Below are positions 19,806 to 28,140 of a stretch of DNA of 42,777 nt, in pieces. The translations under genes were made by a program, and so were the position numbers. Source of the stretch: Candidatus Moraniibacteriota bacterium (GTDB taxonomy: Bacteria; Patescibacteriota; Minisyncoccia; JAHIHE01; JAGLIN01); the NCBI GenBank assembly GCA_030638895.1, contig DAOWDS010000020.1, positions 1-42,777 of the forward strand, given 5' to 3'. The notes beneath the pieces are model-generated. The model was given only the letters and a program-made list of their open reading frames with translations. It was not told the DNA's origin and did no database searches. Positions within the stretch are counted from its first letter, which is position 1, and every line of letters begins with the position of its first letter.

Positions 19806-20621
19806 ATGAAAATAAAAAAATATATAAAGTTTGTTGTTCCATCTCTCATTTTTTTTTCAATGATGGAATTTTTCTTTAAAAGCTTCGGTCTGTCATACGC
19901 CTCTCTAATTACCTTATTCTTAATCTCTATTTTAAGCGCTTTTTGGATTACAAAATATAAATTTTTACCGATTGTATTAATCACTCTTTTTACGGTAGGA
20001 AGCGTACTATTTCTGATAACATTGGACGAAAATTGGTTTCAGCAATTATATATAATGATCTCTTCGTTCATATTTACATTTGCGCTTATTGGCCTATATA
20101 GATTTTTTATCCAACAAGAAAAATGGTTTAAAAAAGAGGAAATAAAGCTAAAAGCGATAGACTCTGGTTTCAACTTAAATCAGGCTATAATTCTAATTTC
20201 TGTTTTTTTAATATCAAGTGGAATTTATAATCTATACATTGATTTTGATTTGCCGTTATGGGTTGTTATATTGATAATTTTTATAACTATATTTTTTTCA
20301 ACTATATATCTTACAAAAATAAATTTTTTAAAAAGCAAAGCGCATGAATTATATCTTGATTCTATAAAAAATAAGACTTTTAGCTTTTACTCTTTTCTCT
20401 TTGGACTCATTGTAGTAGAATTAATTTGGGCAATAAGTTTTTGGCCGGCGAATCATTTAACAGTAGGAGCAATTGTTTTGTCAATTTATTATTTTTGTTG
20501 GAACATACTAAAAAATTATCTTAGAAATAAACTTTCAAAAAAAAATGTAATTTTAAACTCCATTTTTTTTATAGCTTTTTTTTGTATAACCCTACTAACT
20601 GGAAATTGGAAAATTTCATAA
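19806..20621 (+). CDS. Hypothetical polytopic membrane protein
   Basis: 271 aa, about 7 hydrophobic helices; no recognised family. Confidence 0.6.
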   Translation: MKIKKYIKFVVPSLIFFSMMEFFFKSFGLSYASLITLFLISILSAFWITKYKFLPIVLITLFTVGSVLFLITLDENWFQQLYIMISSFIFTFALIGLYRFFIQQEKWFKKEEIKLKAIDSGFNLNQAIILISVFLISSGIYNLYIDFDLPLWVVILIIFITIFFSTIYLTKINFLKSKAHELYLDSIKNKTFSFYSFLFGLIVVELIWAISFWPANHLTVGAIVLSIYYFCWNILKNYLRNKLSKKNVILNSIFFIAFFCITLLTGNWKIS

Positions 20622-20647
20622 AATTAATAATATAAAAACAAATTGAT

Positions 20648-21592
20648 ATGAAAAATATATCCATAAAATCATTAAGAGACAAGCAGAAAGATAAAGTTGA
20701 AATCGCGAAAGATTTTTTTAAGAAACCAAAAAATGAAATTAATGAACTGACAGAACAGCCTTACAGGCCAAAGAAAATTAAATTTATTTTCAAAACCATT
20801 TTACTAATTCTTTTTATATTTATTATCGGCGGAATAGGCGGAATCACAATAGATAGATTCGCGCTTCCATATTTATTGTTTCAATATCCAGATTTGAATA
20901 ATTATGAATTTTTTAAAAAAGTTAATGAAGGAACAATGCTTGTAGAAGTTATAAAAGAAGTAAACATATCACAAGATGAAGCCATGATTGAGGCTATAAA
21001 AAAAGTTTCTCCGTCAGTAGTACAAATACTTGAGTTCCGAAATGACAGCGCTAGTTCAATCGTGAAAGGAACTGGAACAATTTTAACAAGCGACGGCTAT
21101 ATAATTACTTCGACTGAAAGCATAACTCCAACTGAAAATAAATCTGAAGAAGAAAATTCTGTTATCAAAATCAAACTTAAAAATGGAAAAATATATGAAA
21201 CAAAACTGCTTGAAATCGATTTATCCACCGGTCTTTCAATCATCAAAATAGAAGAGTTTGATCTCACCGTAGTTCCACTAATAGATTCTGATAATATCCA
21301 GCTCGGAGAAAAATTAATTATCATAGATGATTCAGTTGTTTCTGATATCGCTTCAAAGTTTATTGATGACTATATTTCTTTTGAAGATAAGCAGAAAGCA
21401 GAAAAAAATAACACAGTTGCAAAAACTCAAAAAAGAATACAAACTGTTAACTCATTAAAAAATTATTTTTACGGAGCGCCAGTTGTGAATCTCAAAGGTG
21501 AAATTGTCGGCATTAGCCAAGGTGGAGATTTATTTATTCCAAGAAACGAAATTGTAGGATTTATCAATATTGTAATGGATAAAAACAATTAG
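20648..21592 (+). CDS. Membrane-anchored trypsin-like (HtrA/S1C-like) domain protein, catalytic triad apparently lost
   Basis: GTGTILTSDGYIITSTESI and NLKGEIVGISQGG resemble S1C blocks. The expected His (TNNHV), Asp (TDLA) and Ser (GNSGGP) positions read TSTES, TGLS and FYGAP. Confidence 0.55.
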   Translation: MKNISIKSLRDKQKDKVEIAKDFFKKPKNEINELTEQPYRPKKIKFIFKTILLILFIFIIGGIGGITIDRFALPYLLFQYPDLNNYEFFKKVNEGTMLVEVIKEVNISQDEAMIEAIKKVSPSVVQILEFRNDSASSIVKGTGTILTSDGYIITSTESITPTENKSEEENSVIKIKLKNGKIYETKLLEIDLSTGLSIIKIEEFDLTVVPLIDSDNIQLGEKLIIIDDSVVSDIASKFIDDYISFEDKQKAEKNNTVAKTQKRIQTVNSLKNYFYGAPVVNLKGEIVGISQGGDLFIPRNEIVGFINIVMDKNN

Positions 21593-21688
21593 ATTAAATC
21601 TCTTGCCTTATAACTAAAGAAATTTAAGAAGGCGCGCCTTTTGATTTATTTTTCCAAATCAAGCAAATAATTTAGAGAAAGATTTGTC

Positions 21689-21716
21689 AAATTTCTAAAT
21701 TTGAGATTTAGAAATT
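21689..21716. repeat. Perfect 12 bp-arm palindrome
   Basis: AAATTTCTAAAT-TTGAG-ATTTAGAAATT in the 520 bp intergenic region. Confidence 0.6.
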
Positions 21717-21816
21717 CAATAAAATTCTATTTTCCTAATTTTGAAAGAGAATCTTTATTAGTTGCTCTTTATTTTCTTTCAATGAGAACAAGCTCGCGTT
21801 GAGCCTTTTGCGATTT

Positions 21817-21860
21817 TAAATTTCCTTTTCAGAAATTCAAAAGATAAATTTGAAAAAATG
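21817..21860 (+). repeat. Minimal copy of the MITE-like termini with almost no interior
   Basis: TAAATTTCCTTTTC-AGAAATTC-AAAAGATAAATTTGAAAAAATG resembles the 5' terminus AAATTTACCTTTTT joined almost directly to the 3' terminus AAAGATAAACTTGGAAAAAATGG. Confidence 0.45.
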
Positions 21861-22115
21861 TTGCTATTCTATGGTTATTTTTTTACAAATGGAATAGTTT
21901 ATTATAAATCAGCCTTATAAAAGCTTAGATAAAATATGTCTGTTGATTGTAATAATGTTGCAGCTTGATAATATCAATTGACAATAAAAATAACAGATGC
22001 TACTGTTAGTGTATTAAAAATAAGTGATACACAACCAAATAATAGACAAAATGGAATTGCTTATAAAAAGTTATAAGCAAAATGTTTCGTTCATTAACAT
22101 TGAGAGGTAAAAAAT

Positions 22116-23018
22116 ATGACATTGAATATAAAAAAATACAGCTTTATGCCGTCGTTGATCTCTGCTATATTGATTGGAATATATCATATAGGAGCAGAAT
22201 CTTTTATAAGGTTTTTTGGAGATCATCTGCTGATTATGGCAGTTGTAATAAATATAAGCGGTGGAATATTTTTGTTCATACTCATTCCAAATAAAAAAGA
22301 AATTATCAAAAAAATGCCTGGAAAAGATTTACTGTCATTATTTGTTGCAAGTTTTTTCGCATTTGGACTGGCCTATCTGTGTCTTTATAAATCCATAGAT
22401 TTAATTGGATCGATTAAAGTTTCATTTTTGATTCAAATTGAAGCTGTGTTTATAATTATTCTCGCAATATTATTTTTAAAGGAAAGATTTAAGCTAATAG
22501 AATTTTTTGGGTTGCTTGTTGTCTTACTGGGAATTTTATTGTTAAATTTTGCCAATTCTTTGTTATCTTTTTCTATCGGAGTTGGAGAAATTTACACACT
22601 ATTGGCTGCGCTTTCTTTTGCGATTGGAATCATAATCATATCAAAACTGGTTAAAAAGTATAGTCTTACTTATTTGACCAGCATTGAGATGATTTTTGGA
22701 GGAATTATTCTTTCTTTATTTTTGATTGCCGATCCTATTGCGATAAAACCACTCTTCATATTATTATTGCTGCCCATAGGCTTTATTTTAGCAATGGGAT
22801 GGCTAACGTATAATCTCGGGGTAAAATATGTGGGAGCTGCGAAAAATGCGATAATTTTTTCTTCGCAATCATTTTTCACGCTAGTATTCTCTTATTTTAT
22901 CTGCAATCTTATTCCCTCTTTGGGAATTACAATTCCGTCAAATATACCATTTGTTCTGCTTGGAGGCGCGATCATATTTGGAGCCATAGTAATTTTAGAA
23001 CTTAGCAAAACAAAATAA
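22116..23018 (+). CDS. EamA/DMT superfamily transporter
   Basis: 300 aa, 10 TM, two-repeat EamA-like organisation. RBS GAGAGG lies upstream of the ATG. Confidence 0.75.
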   Translation: MTLNIKKYSFMPSLISAILIGIYHIGAESFIRFFGDHLLIMAVVINISGGIFLFILIPNKKEIIKKMPGKDLLSLFVASFFAFGLAYLCLYKSIDLIGSIKVSFLIQIEAVFIIILAILFLKERFKLIEFFGLLVVLLGILLLNFANSLLSFSIGVGEIYTLLAALSFAIGIIIISKLVKKYSLTYLTSIEMIFGGIILSLFLIADPIAIKPLFILLLLPIGFILAMGWLTYNLGVKYVGAAKNAIIFSSQSFFTLVFSYFICNLIPSLGITIPSNIPFVLLGGAIIFGAIVILELSKTK

Positions 23019-23188
23019 ATTTTTAGTCCTAAAATTAGGGCTTTTTATTTTTATATTTTAAATATATGAATTTGATGAATTTTTTAGTTAGCTACCGTCT
23101 TCTGACTAAAGCCTTGTACAATTTTACTTCCGGATTTGTTAATTCAGGAGCCTATCCCGCGCTTAATTTTTATAGTGCTGAGTTTTTT

Positions 23189-23350
23189 TAAATCTACCTT
23201 TTTCTATTTTGTCATTCCGGACTTGATCCGGAATCTTTTATCTTGTTGGTAATACTTTGCTAGCTTCACAAAGTCTAATGTTTCTAACCGTAGATTCTGA
23301 TCCGCCAGCTGGCGGACAAAATGACATTTTTTTACAAAGATAAACTTGAA
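23189..23350 (+). repeat. Nested-palindrome MITE-like element, copy 2
   Basis: AAATCTACCTTTTT..TGTCATTCCGGACTTGATCCGGAATC...TTCACAAAG...TAACCGTAGATTCTGATCCGCCAGCTGGCGGACAAAATGACA...AAAGATAAACTTG. Confidence 0.8.
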
Positions 23351-23353
23351 AAT

Positions 23354-23381
23354 TTGACACAAAGATATAATTTGCTATACT
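23354..23381 (+). promoter_or_regulatory. Promoter for the abiE genes
   Basis: TTGACA 23354-23359, 16 bp spacer, TATACT 23376-23381, directly abutting the MITE 3' terminus. Confidence 0.5.
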
Positions 23382-23418
23382 AAATATAGTTCTCGAATAA
23401 TTAACATCAACATTAACT

Positions 23419-24105
23419 ATGCTAGAACAAAAAATAGTAAATAAATTGTCAAAAGAGCTGCAAATCGCTCCTGAATTTATTGTCAGAGAAACTTGGGAAA
23501 TTATTATTTTAAAAGAGCTATTCGCTAAAAAATGGTCCGAAAAACTTGTTTTTAAGGGCGGAACTGCTTTGCGGCTGGCATATCAATCACCGCGTTTTTC
23601 AGTAGATCTTGATTTTTCAGTTTTGGCAAAAATAAATCCCAAAGATTTTTTCAGTTTTTTAAGCGCCTTGGGAAAAAAATATTCAGAACTGGAAATCATA
23701 GACAAAAAAGACAAGTTTTATACTCTCTACGCTCAAATTAAAATTAAAGAGGCTTTTTTGAACAGACCGTTTTCTATTAAAATTGAAATTTCAAAAAGAA
23801 AAAATCAATTCAAAAAAAACGAACATCTGCCAAAAGTTTTGAAAACTCTTGTTTATCCTATTGAGGTTCTCTGTGATACCGCCACGCTGGAAAAAATATA
23901 TCGTGACAAAATCACCACTATTCAAAACCGGCAAGCGCCTCGCGATTTATTTGATCTCTGGTATCTTTCGGAAAAATTAAACAAGTCCTTCAGGCCACCA
24001 AGCACAAAATTGACAAAAAAAAATATTAAAAGCGAATTGCATAAATTTCTTCCTCTAAATTATCAAAAGTCGGTAAAATTTATTATTAGCCAAATTAATA
24101 AATAA
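23419..24105 (+). CDS. abiEii: AbiEii/AbiGii-family nucleotidyltransferase toxin (type IV TA)
   Basis: LVFKGGTALRLAYQSPRFSVDLDF N-terminal NTase motif; 228 aa. Confidence 0.8.
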   Translation: MLEQKIVNKLSKELQIAPEFIVRETWEIIILKELFAKKWSEKLVFKGGTALRLAYQSPRFSVDLDFSVLAKINPKDFFSFLSALGKKYSELEIIDKKDKFYTLYAQIKIKEAFLNRPFSIKIEISKRKNQFKKNEHLPKVLKTLVYPIEVLCDTATLEKIYRDKITTIQNRQAPRDLFDLWYLSEKLNKSFRPPSTKLTKKNIKSELHKFLPLNYQKSVKFIISQINK

Positions 24106-24109
24106 TTTT

Positions 24110-24715
24110 ATGCGAATAAAAATAAAGATAGACAAAATCAAAAATTACAATAAAACGTTTTTTACTTTAAACGATTTAACGAAAATTTTTAATGTTAAAG
24201 AAGAGTCTCTTAAGGTAACATTGAATAGGTGGGTAAAAAACGGAAGAATTATCAGGTTAAGAAAAAATGTTTATCAATTTCCAGATAAAATTTATGATGT
24301 CAAAAAAATCGCCTTTCAGCTTTATAAACCGTGCTATTTGTCTTTTGAATCCGTTTTAAATGAGTACGGCATATTAAGCCAAATTCCATACACCTTAACA
24401 TTTGCCACAATAAACAAATCAAAAAAGATAATTCTTAAATCGCAGAAAATTGAATTTCACCAAATTAAAGAAACTTTGTTTTTCGGTTATGAATTTCGAA
24501 ATGGAATATTTCTCGCTATGCCAGAAAAAGCTCTCGCGGATCAAATCTATTTTGTTTCCCGCGGCTTAGCTGTTCTAAATTTCAAAGAATTGGATTTGAA
24601 AAATGTTTCCTGGAAAAAATTCAATTCTTTTGTTAAGTGCTACCCAAAATCAACACAGCTTTTAGCCAAAGAAATTAAACTTTATTTCGGCAAAACAGCC
24701 ATTACGATTAAATAA
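24110..24715 (+). CDS. abiEi: AbiEi-family antitoxin (wHTH transcriptional regulator)
   Basis: N-terminal FFTLNDLTKIF...LKVTLNRWVKNGRIIRLRKNVYQF wHTH typical of AbiEi. Lies 4 nt after abiEii, so the gene order is toxin first. Confidence 0.7.
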   Translation: MRIKIKIDKIKNYNKTFFTLNDLTKIFNVKEESLKVTLNRWVKNGRIIRLRKNVYQFPDKIYDVKKIAFQLYKPCYLSFESVLNEYGILSQIPYTLTFATINKSKKIILKSQKIEFHQIKETLFFGYEFRNGIFLAMPEKALADQIYFVSRGLAVLNFKELDLKNVSWKKFNSFVKCYPKSTQLLAKEIKLYFGKTAITIK

Positions 24716-24764
24716 TTTTTTAAAGAACTTTTTTATAGTCTTGAACTTAGTTTGGGGCTTGTCT

Positions 24765-24955
24765 AAATTTACCTTTTTATTCTGTCATTCTGGATAGTTT
24801 CACCTGTCATTCCGGACTCGATCTGGAATCTTTTTCTTTTAGGTGACACTTTCTCAATTTCACAAAAATAGAAGTTACCAACCATAGATTCTGAATTAAG
24901 CCTGCCTACCAGCAGGCAGATTCAGGATGACAATTTTTAAAAAGATAAACTTGGA
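24765..24955 (+). repeat. Nested-palindrome MITE-like element, copy 3 (duplicated head)
   Basis: AAATTTACCTTTTTATTCTGTCATTCTGG...CTGTCATTCCGGACTCGATCTGGAATC...TTCACAAAA...AACCATAGATTCTGAATTAAGCCTGCCTACCAGCAGGCAGATTCAGGATGACA..AAAGATAAACTTGG. Confidence 0.8.
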
Positions 24956-24988
24956 AAAAATGGAAGAAGTTTAAGCAAAATCGGATAT

Positions 24989-25198
24989 TCAATCCTTCAA
25001 ATTTCTTCTCATGACTATTTCGTTTTCCTCTTTTGTGTTGGTATTCTTACCGCCACAATATGAACAAAACTCAAAATCTTGATCACACTGGAAAACGAAA
25101 TAACTTCCACATTTTTTGCATTTATAATTCACCTCAATATGTATAAATGCAAGTCCTAATTTCAGCAGAATATAATCTGCTATTGTTTTGTTCATCAT
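24989..25198 (-). CDS. Small zinc-ribbon protein (69 aa)
   Basis: CKKCG...CSYCGG. The ATG lies 7 nt after a GGAGG that overlaps the stop of the upstream ORF (translational coupling). Confidence 0.6.
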   Translation of the reverse strand: MMNKTIADYILLKLGLAFIHIEVNYKCKKCGSYFVFQCDQDFEFCSYCGGKNTNTKEENEIVMRRNLKD

Positions 25199-25201
25199 TT
25201 A

Positions 25202-25576
25202 TCACCTCCACATGAACATCCTAAAAAGAAATACGGTCATACCAATCGTACAATATACTGCGTATACTTGTGTTAATGTAGCGTTGGTTAAACTAGAATA
25301 ACCAATCCCTATCACCACACAACAAAGAAAAATGCTTGCTAGTATACCCAAAATTCTGTCTCCCTTTTTTTCTTCTGTATTAAAAAAACAGTAGAAAAGT
25401 CCAGAAAAGACTACAAACAACACAAATGCCCATACTAATAATCCAGCAACAAATGACGTTGCTAACTCAACTCCAAAAATTTTCAACACAAAGCTAACAG
25501 TATTTGTAATAATAAATACAACAAACAAAATTACAAATGTTGAAATTCCTGCAGCACCAGCTCCTCCTAAGGACAT
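25202..25576 (-). CDS. Small 4-TM membrane protein (124 aa)
   Basis: Four hydrophobic helices; AGGTGA RBS 5 nt before the ATG; ends in TGA. Confidence 0.6.
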   Translation of the reverse strand: MSLGGAGAAGISTFVILFVVFIITNTVSFVLKIFGVELATSFVAGLLVWAFVLFVVFSGLFYCFFNTEEKKGDRILGILASIFLCCVVIGIGYSSLTNATLTQVYAVYCTIGMTVFLFRMFMWR

Positions 25577-25996
25577 GTAATCACCTGTTCGCTCCCAAAT
25601 TTCATCAAAGCAGAATTACAAAACATTTCGTCTTGTAATCAAATCATATTGTGACGCTTCTCAATTTAAAGGAGCTATAAACTTGATGCCTGAACTATCG
25701 TTCAGGACTTAAAGTTGATTATAATAATTTACAATCAATTATAAGCCCTAAAGATTTTTGAGATATTTTGATTTCAAAGAACAATTTCCTTCCCAAATCA
25801 GGCAAACAGCTTGGAAAGAGATTTAATAGATTTTTAAATATACAATTTAAAAATATAATAAAATTCTGCCTACCTGATTTTGAAAGATAATATTTATTTG
25901 TTGGCTCCATACTCCGTGTAGAGCCTTTGTTATTGGTTCAATGTCTCTGATTTGAATCATAATTCATCAACTCTCAAATATATTCAAGAGCTTTTC

Positions 25997-26135
25997 TAAA
26001 TTTATCTTTTTGTTTCGGAGTCCTGACAAAAGTCAGGGTGAAGCTTCGTTAGGCGTTATTATAAAATAATATCTATTGAGACTTCACCTCCGACTTTCGT
26101 CGGAACTCCAAATTTTTATAAAAGATAAACTTGGA
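25997..26135 (+). repeat. MITE-like element, variant interior, copy 4
   Basis: Same termini (CTAAATTTATCTTTTT ... AAAGATAAACTTGGAAAAAATGG) but different internal hairpins (CCTGAC-AAAA-GTCAGG; TCCGAC-TTTC-GTCGGA). Confidence 0.7.
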
Positions 26136-26402
26136 AAAAATGGCGAAGAGAAAAAACGATTTTTATTTCGAATTTTCTCTCTAAGACTTTTTTCTGATCT
26201 ATATTTTCTTTAATTTCAGCTTCAGCTTTAAATTTTTTATCACCTTCAACAATCCCTGAAATTTCAGGTGTTGGGAGGTTTGTTTTATGATTCTTTGGAA
26301 CTGGCATTATTTCTGAGCTCATACATTTATCTTAATTACTTTATCTCTATTTTAGCCTATTTTTGAAAAAATTCAAAGGTTTTGTGAAATATTTACGTTT
26401 TT

Positions 26403-26434
26403 GGTGACGAGCACCTTTTTGGGTGCCCGTCACC
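26403..26434. other. GC-rich 13 bp-stem hairpin upstream of hypF
   Basis: GGTGACGAGCACC-TTTTTG-GGTGCCCGTCACC (one mismatch). No U-tract follows on either strand. Confidence 0.5.
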
Positions 26435-26496
26435 TCTATGTTTGTATAAAGTTTAACGACATTATATAATATAATAAGTAAATATAATTGTAATAG

Positions 26497-27849
26497 ATGA
26501 AAATTAATCAAAACATAATCATTCTCGCTCTTGGCGCTGAATCTTGCGGAAGATTTGCTGTTTATTCTAATGGTGAAATTTTTGTGTCGGAGAATTTTGG
26601 CGACCTTTTGCGGAAAGAAAATTTTAAAAAATATAAAAAATCGGTTTTAAAACAAATCAAAACCAAAAAACCAGATGTGATTTTAACAGATTTACATCCG
26701 CTTTATGTTTCAACAGTTTTAGGAGAAGAATTATCAGAAAAACATAAAATTTCACATATCAAAGTTCAACATCATATCGCCCATATATTCTCAGCAGTTG
26801 GAGATAAATTTTATTGCGAAGAGCAATGTCATAACAATTTTACTTCTTGTCATCCTGAGCTTGTCAAAGAATCTTTGCTTAATGGACTTGCAAGAAATTA
26901 TTTGACTGCTTCGCCAACTGACGAATCTGCTCAGTATAACAGAGTTAATTTTATAATAAATACTAAATACTTAATACTTAATACTTTCTATGGTATTGCT
27001 TCTGATGGAACAGGCTATGGTTTTGATGAAAATATTTGGGGTGGAGAAGTTTTTAAGTTCACTCAAATAGGTCCCACTGACAAAGCCTGTCCTGAGCGAA
27101 AGTCGAATGGAGGGGCTAGGGGGTTAGAAAACGGCCAAAGAACAGAGACTCTTCGACAGGCTCAGAGTGACAAGATTGAAAGAATTGGCTCACTTGAGGA
27201 ACAGATAATGATTGGCGGAGATTTGGCGGTAAAAGAGCCGGCGCGGATGCTTATCAGTATTTTAAATAAATTTTTATCAAAAGATAAAGTTTACAAAAAT
27301 GTAAAAGGATATTATACAAATAATGAATTTGAACTTTTATATAGCCAGCTTCAACAAAATTTCAACTGCCAAACAACAACAAGTACTGGAAGAATTCTAG
27401 ACGCCGTGTCAGTTTTGCTTGAATTCGCAAAAAATGAAAGAAGATCAAAACACGGAGCAATAAAACTTCTTGAAAAAAATTCGACTATTCCATATAAATT
27501 AACGCCAAAAATTAAGAATGATGAATCAAGAAAGATTATAGATACTACCTATTTATTTGAATATCTGCTGAAAAATATTTCAAAAGATAAAAAAAGATTA
27601 GCCGCCACAGCGCAGGAATATATAGCTAAAGGATTTGATGAAATTGTGAAAGAAAGATTAGTTTTAAACGAAAATATACTAAATATTAAATACCGCATAC
27701 TAAATATTTATTTCGCCGGAGGCATGGCAAACAATAAAATTATGTCTTCTTATCTTGAAAATAAAGGTATTTATATATCAAAAAAAATCTCTCGCGGTGA
27801 CGAAGGAATTGCGTTTGGACAGATTATGTATTATCTGTTAAATTTTTAA
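26497..27849 (+). CDS. hypF: HypF-like carbamoyltransferase, Kae1-like C-terminal domain only, with in-frame repeat insertions
   Basis: LALGAESCGRF...GDL, DLHPLY, VQHHIAHI, DGTGYG..WGGE and GGMANN...DEGIAFGQ match the HypF C-terminal domain. No acylphosphatase, Zn-finger or YrdC-like parts. Confidence 0.75.
   Translation: MKINQNIIILALGAESCGRFAVYSNGEIFVSENFGDLLRKENFKKYKKSVLKQIKTKKPDVILTDLHPLYVSTVLGEELSEKHKISHIKVQHHIAHIFSAVGDKFYCEEQCHNNFTSCHPELVKESLLNGLARNYLTASPTDESAQYNRVNFIINTKYLILNTFYGIASDGTGYGFDENIWGGEVFKFTQIGPTDKACPERKSNGGARGLENGQRTETLRQAQSDKIERIGSLEEQIMIGGDLAVKEPARMLISILNKFLSKDKVYKNVKGYYTNNEFELLYSQLQQNFNCQTTTSTGRILDAVSVLLEFAKNERRSKHGAIKLLEKNSTIPYKLTPKIKNDESRKIIDTTYLFEYLLKNISKDKKRLAATAQEYIAKGFDEIVKERLVLNENILNIKYRILNIYFAGGMANNKIMSSYLENKGIYISKKISRGDEGIAFGQIMYYLLNF
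26848..26943 (+). repeat. In-frame palindromic-element insertion 1 in hypF (96 bp)
   Basis: TGTCATCCTGAGCTTGTCAAAGAATCTT ... GAATCTGCTCAGTATAACAG, homologous to the copy-1 head and tail. Encodes CHPELVKESLLNGLARNYLTASPTDESAQYN. Confidence 0.65.
27088..27174 (+). repeat. In-frame palindromic-element insertion 2 in hypF (GC-rich)
   Basis: TGTCCTGAGCGAAAGTCGAATGG ... CTTCGACAGGCTCAGAGTGACA inverted arms. Encodes CPERKSNGGARGLENGQRTETLRQAQSD. Local GC is far above the flanking sequence. Confidence 0.65.
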
Positions 27850-27922
27850 ACTAATAAATGTTCATCTATGGAGTTCAAACGTTAGTCTGTAGTTTGTAAA
27901 TACAAATTAAAATCTGAATTAC

Positions 27923-27956
27923 AAAAAAAATTAAACCAGAAATTAATTTTCTGGTT
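27923..27956 (-). terminator. Intrinsic terminator of the hypCDE transcript (possibly bidirectional with hypF)
   Basis: 9 bp stem AACCAGAAA/TTTCTGGTT, followed on the minus strand by a T8 run. Confidence 0.75.
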
Positions 27957-28140
27957 ATTTATGTATTCCTCGCAAATCTCGTTTTTTGTCACCAATAATT
28001 TTTTTTGTTCTTTCTGATATATCAGAAAGTTTTTTTTTAAGATCATCGATATCTTGATCCGTTTGGTTTCCAGCTTTCAATCCATCATCTATTATTTCTT
28101 GCAGTAATTCTAATTGCTGCTCAATGTCTAAGCCTTGGAA
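27955..28140 (-). CDS. 61-codon open frame in frame with, and directly after, the TAA of the Cys-rich ORF
   Basis: FQGLDIEQQLELLQEIIDDGLKAGNQTDQDIDDLKKKLSDISERTKKIIGDKKRDLRGIHK. No ATG. It ends inside the terminator stem. Confidence 0.3.
   Translation of the reverse strand, partial: FQGLDIEQQLELLQEIIDDGLKAGNQTDQDIDDLKKKLSDISERTKKIIGDKKRDLRGIHK

Noticed and set aside
22082-22294. 70-aa ORF overlapping the start of the EamA transporter gene
   Set aside because: It is out of frame with, and overlaps, a 300-aa transporter ORF that has a proper RBS.
23189-26135. Integron-like cassette array, with the palindromic repeats acting as attC sites
   Set aside because: The inner core-like motifs occur in the order TTAGGTAAT ... 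ATTACTAAC, the reverse of the attC R''(RYYYAAC)...R'(GTTRRRY) arrangement. No intI integrase or attI is present in the window. It is kept only as a loose analogy.
25719-26322. ORFs 25719-25910 (-) and 26116-26322 (-)
   Set aside because: There is no SD upstream and the composition is odd. The second runs into the MITE-like terminus. Left uncalled, although a small protein at 26140-26322 cannot be excluded.
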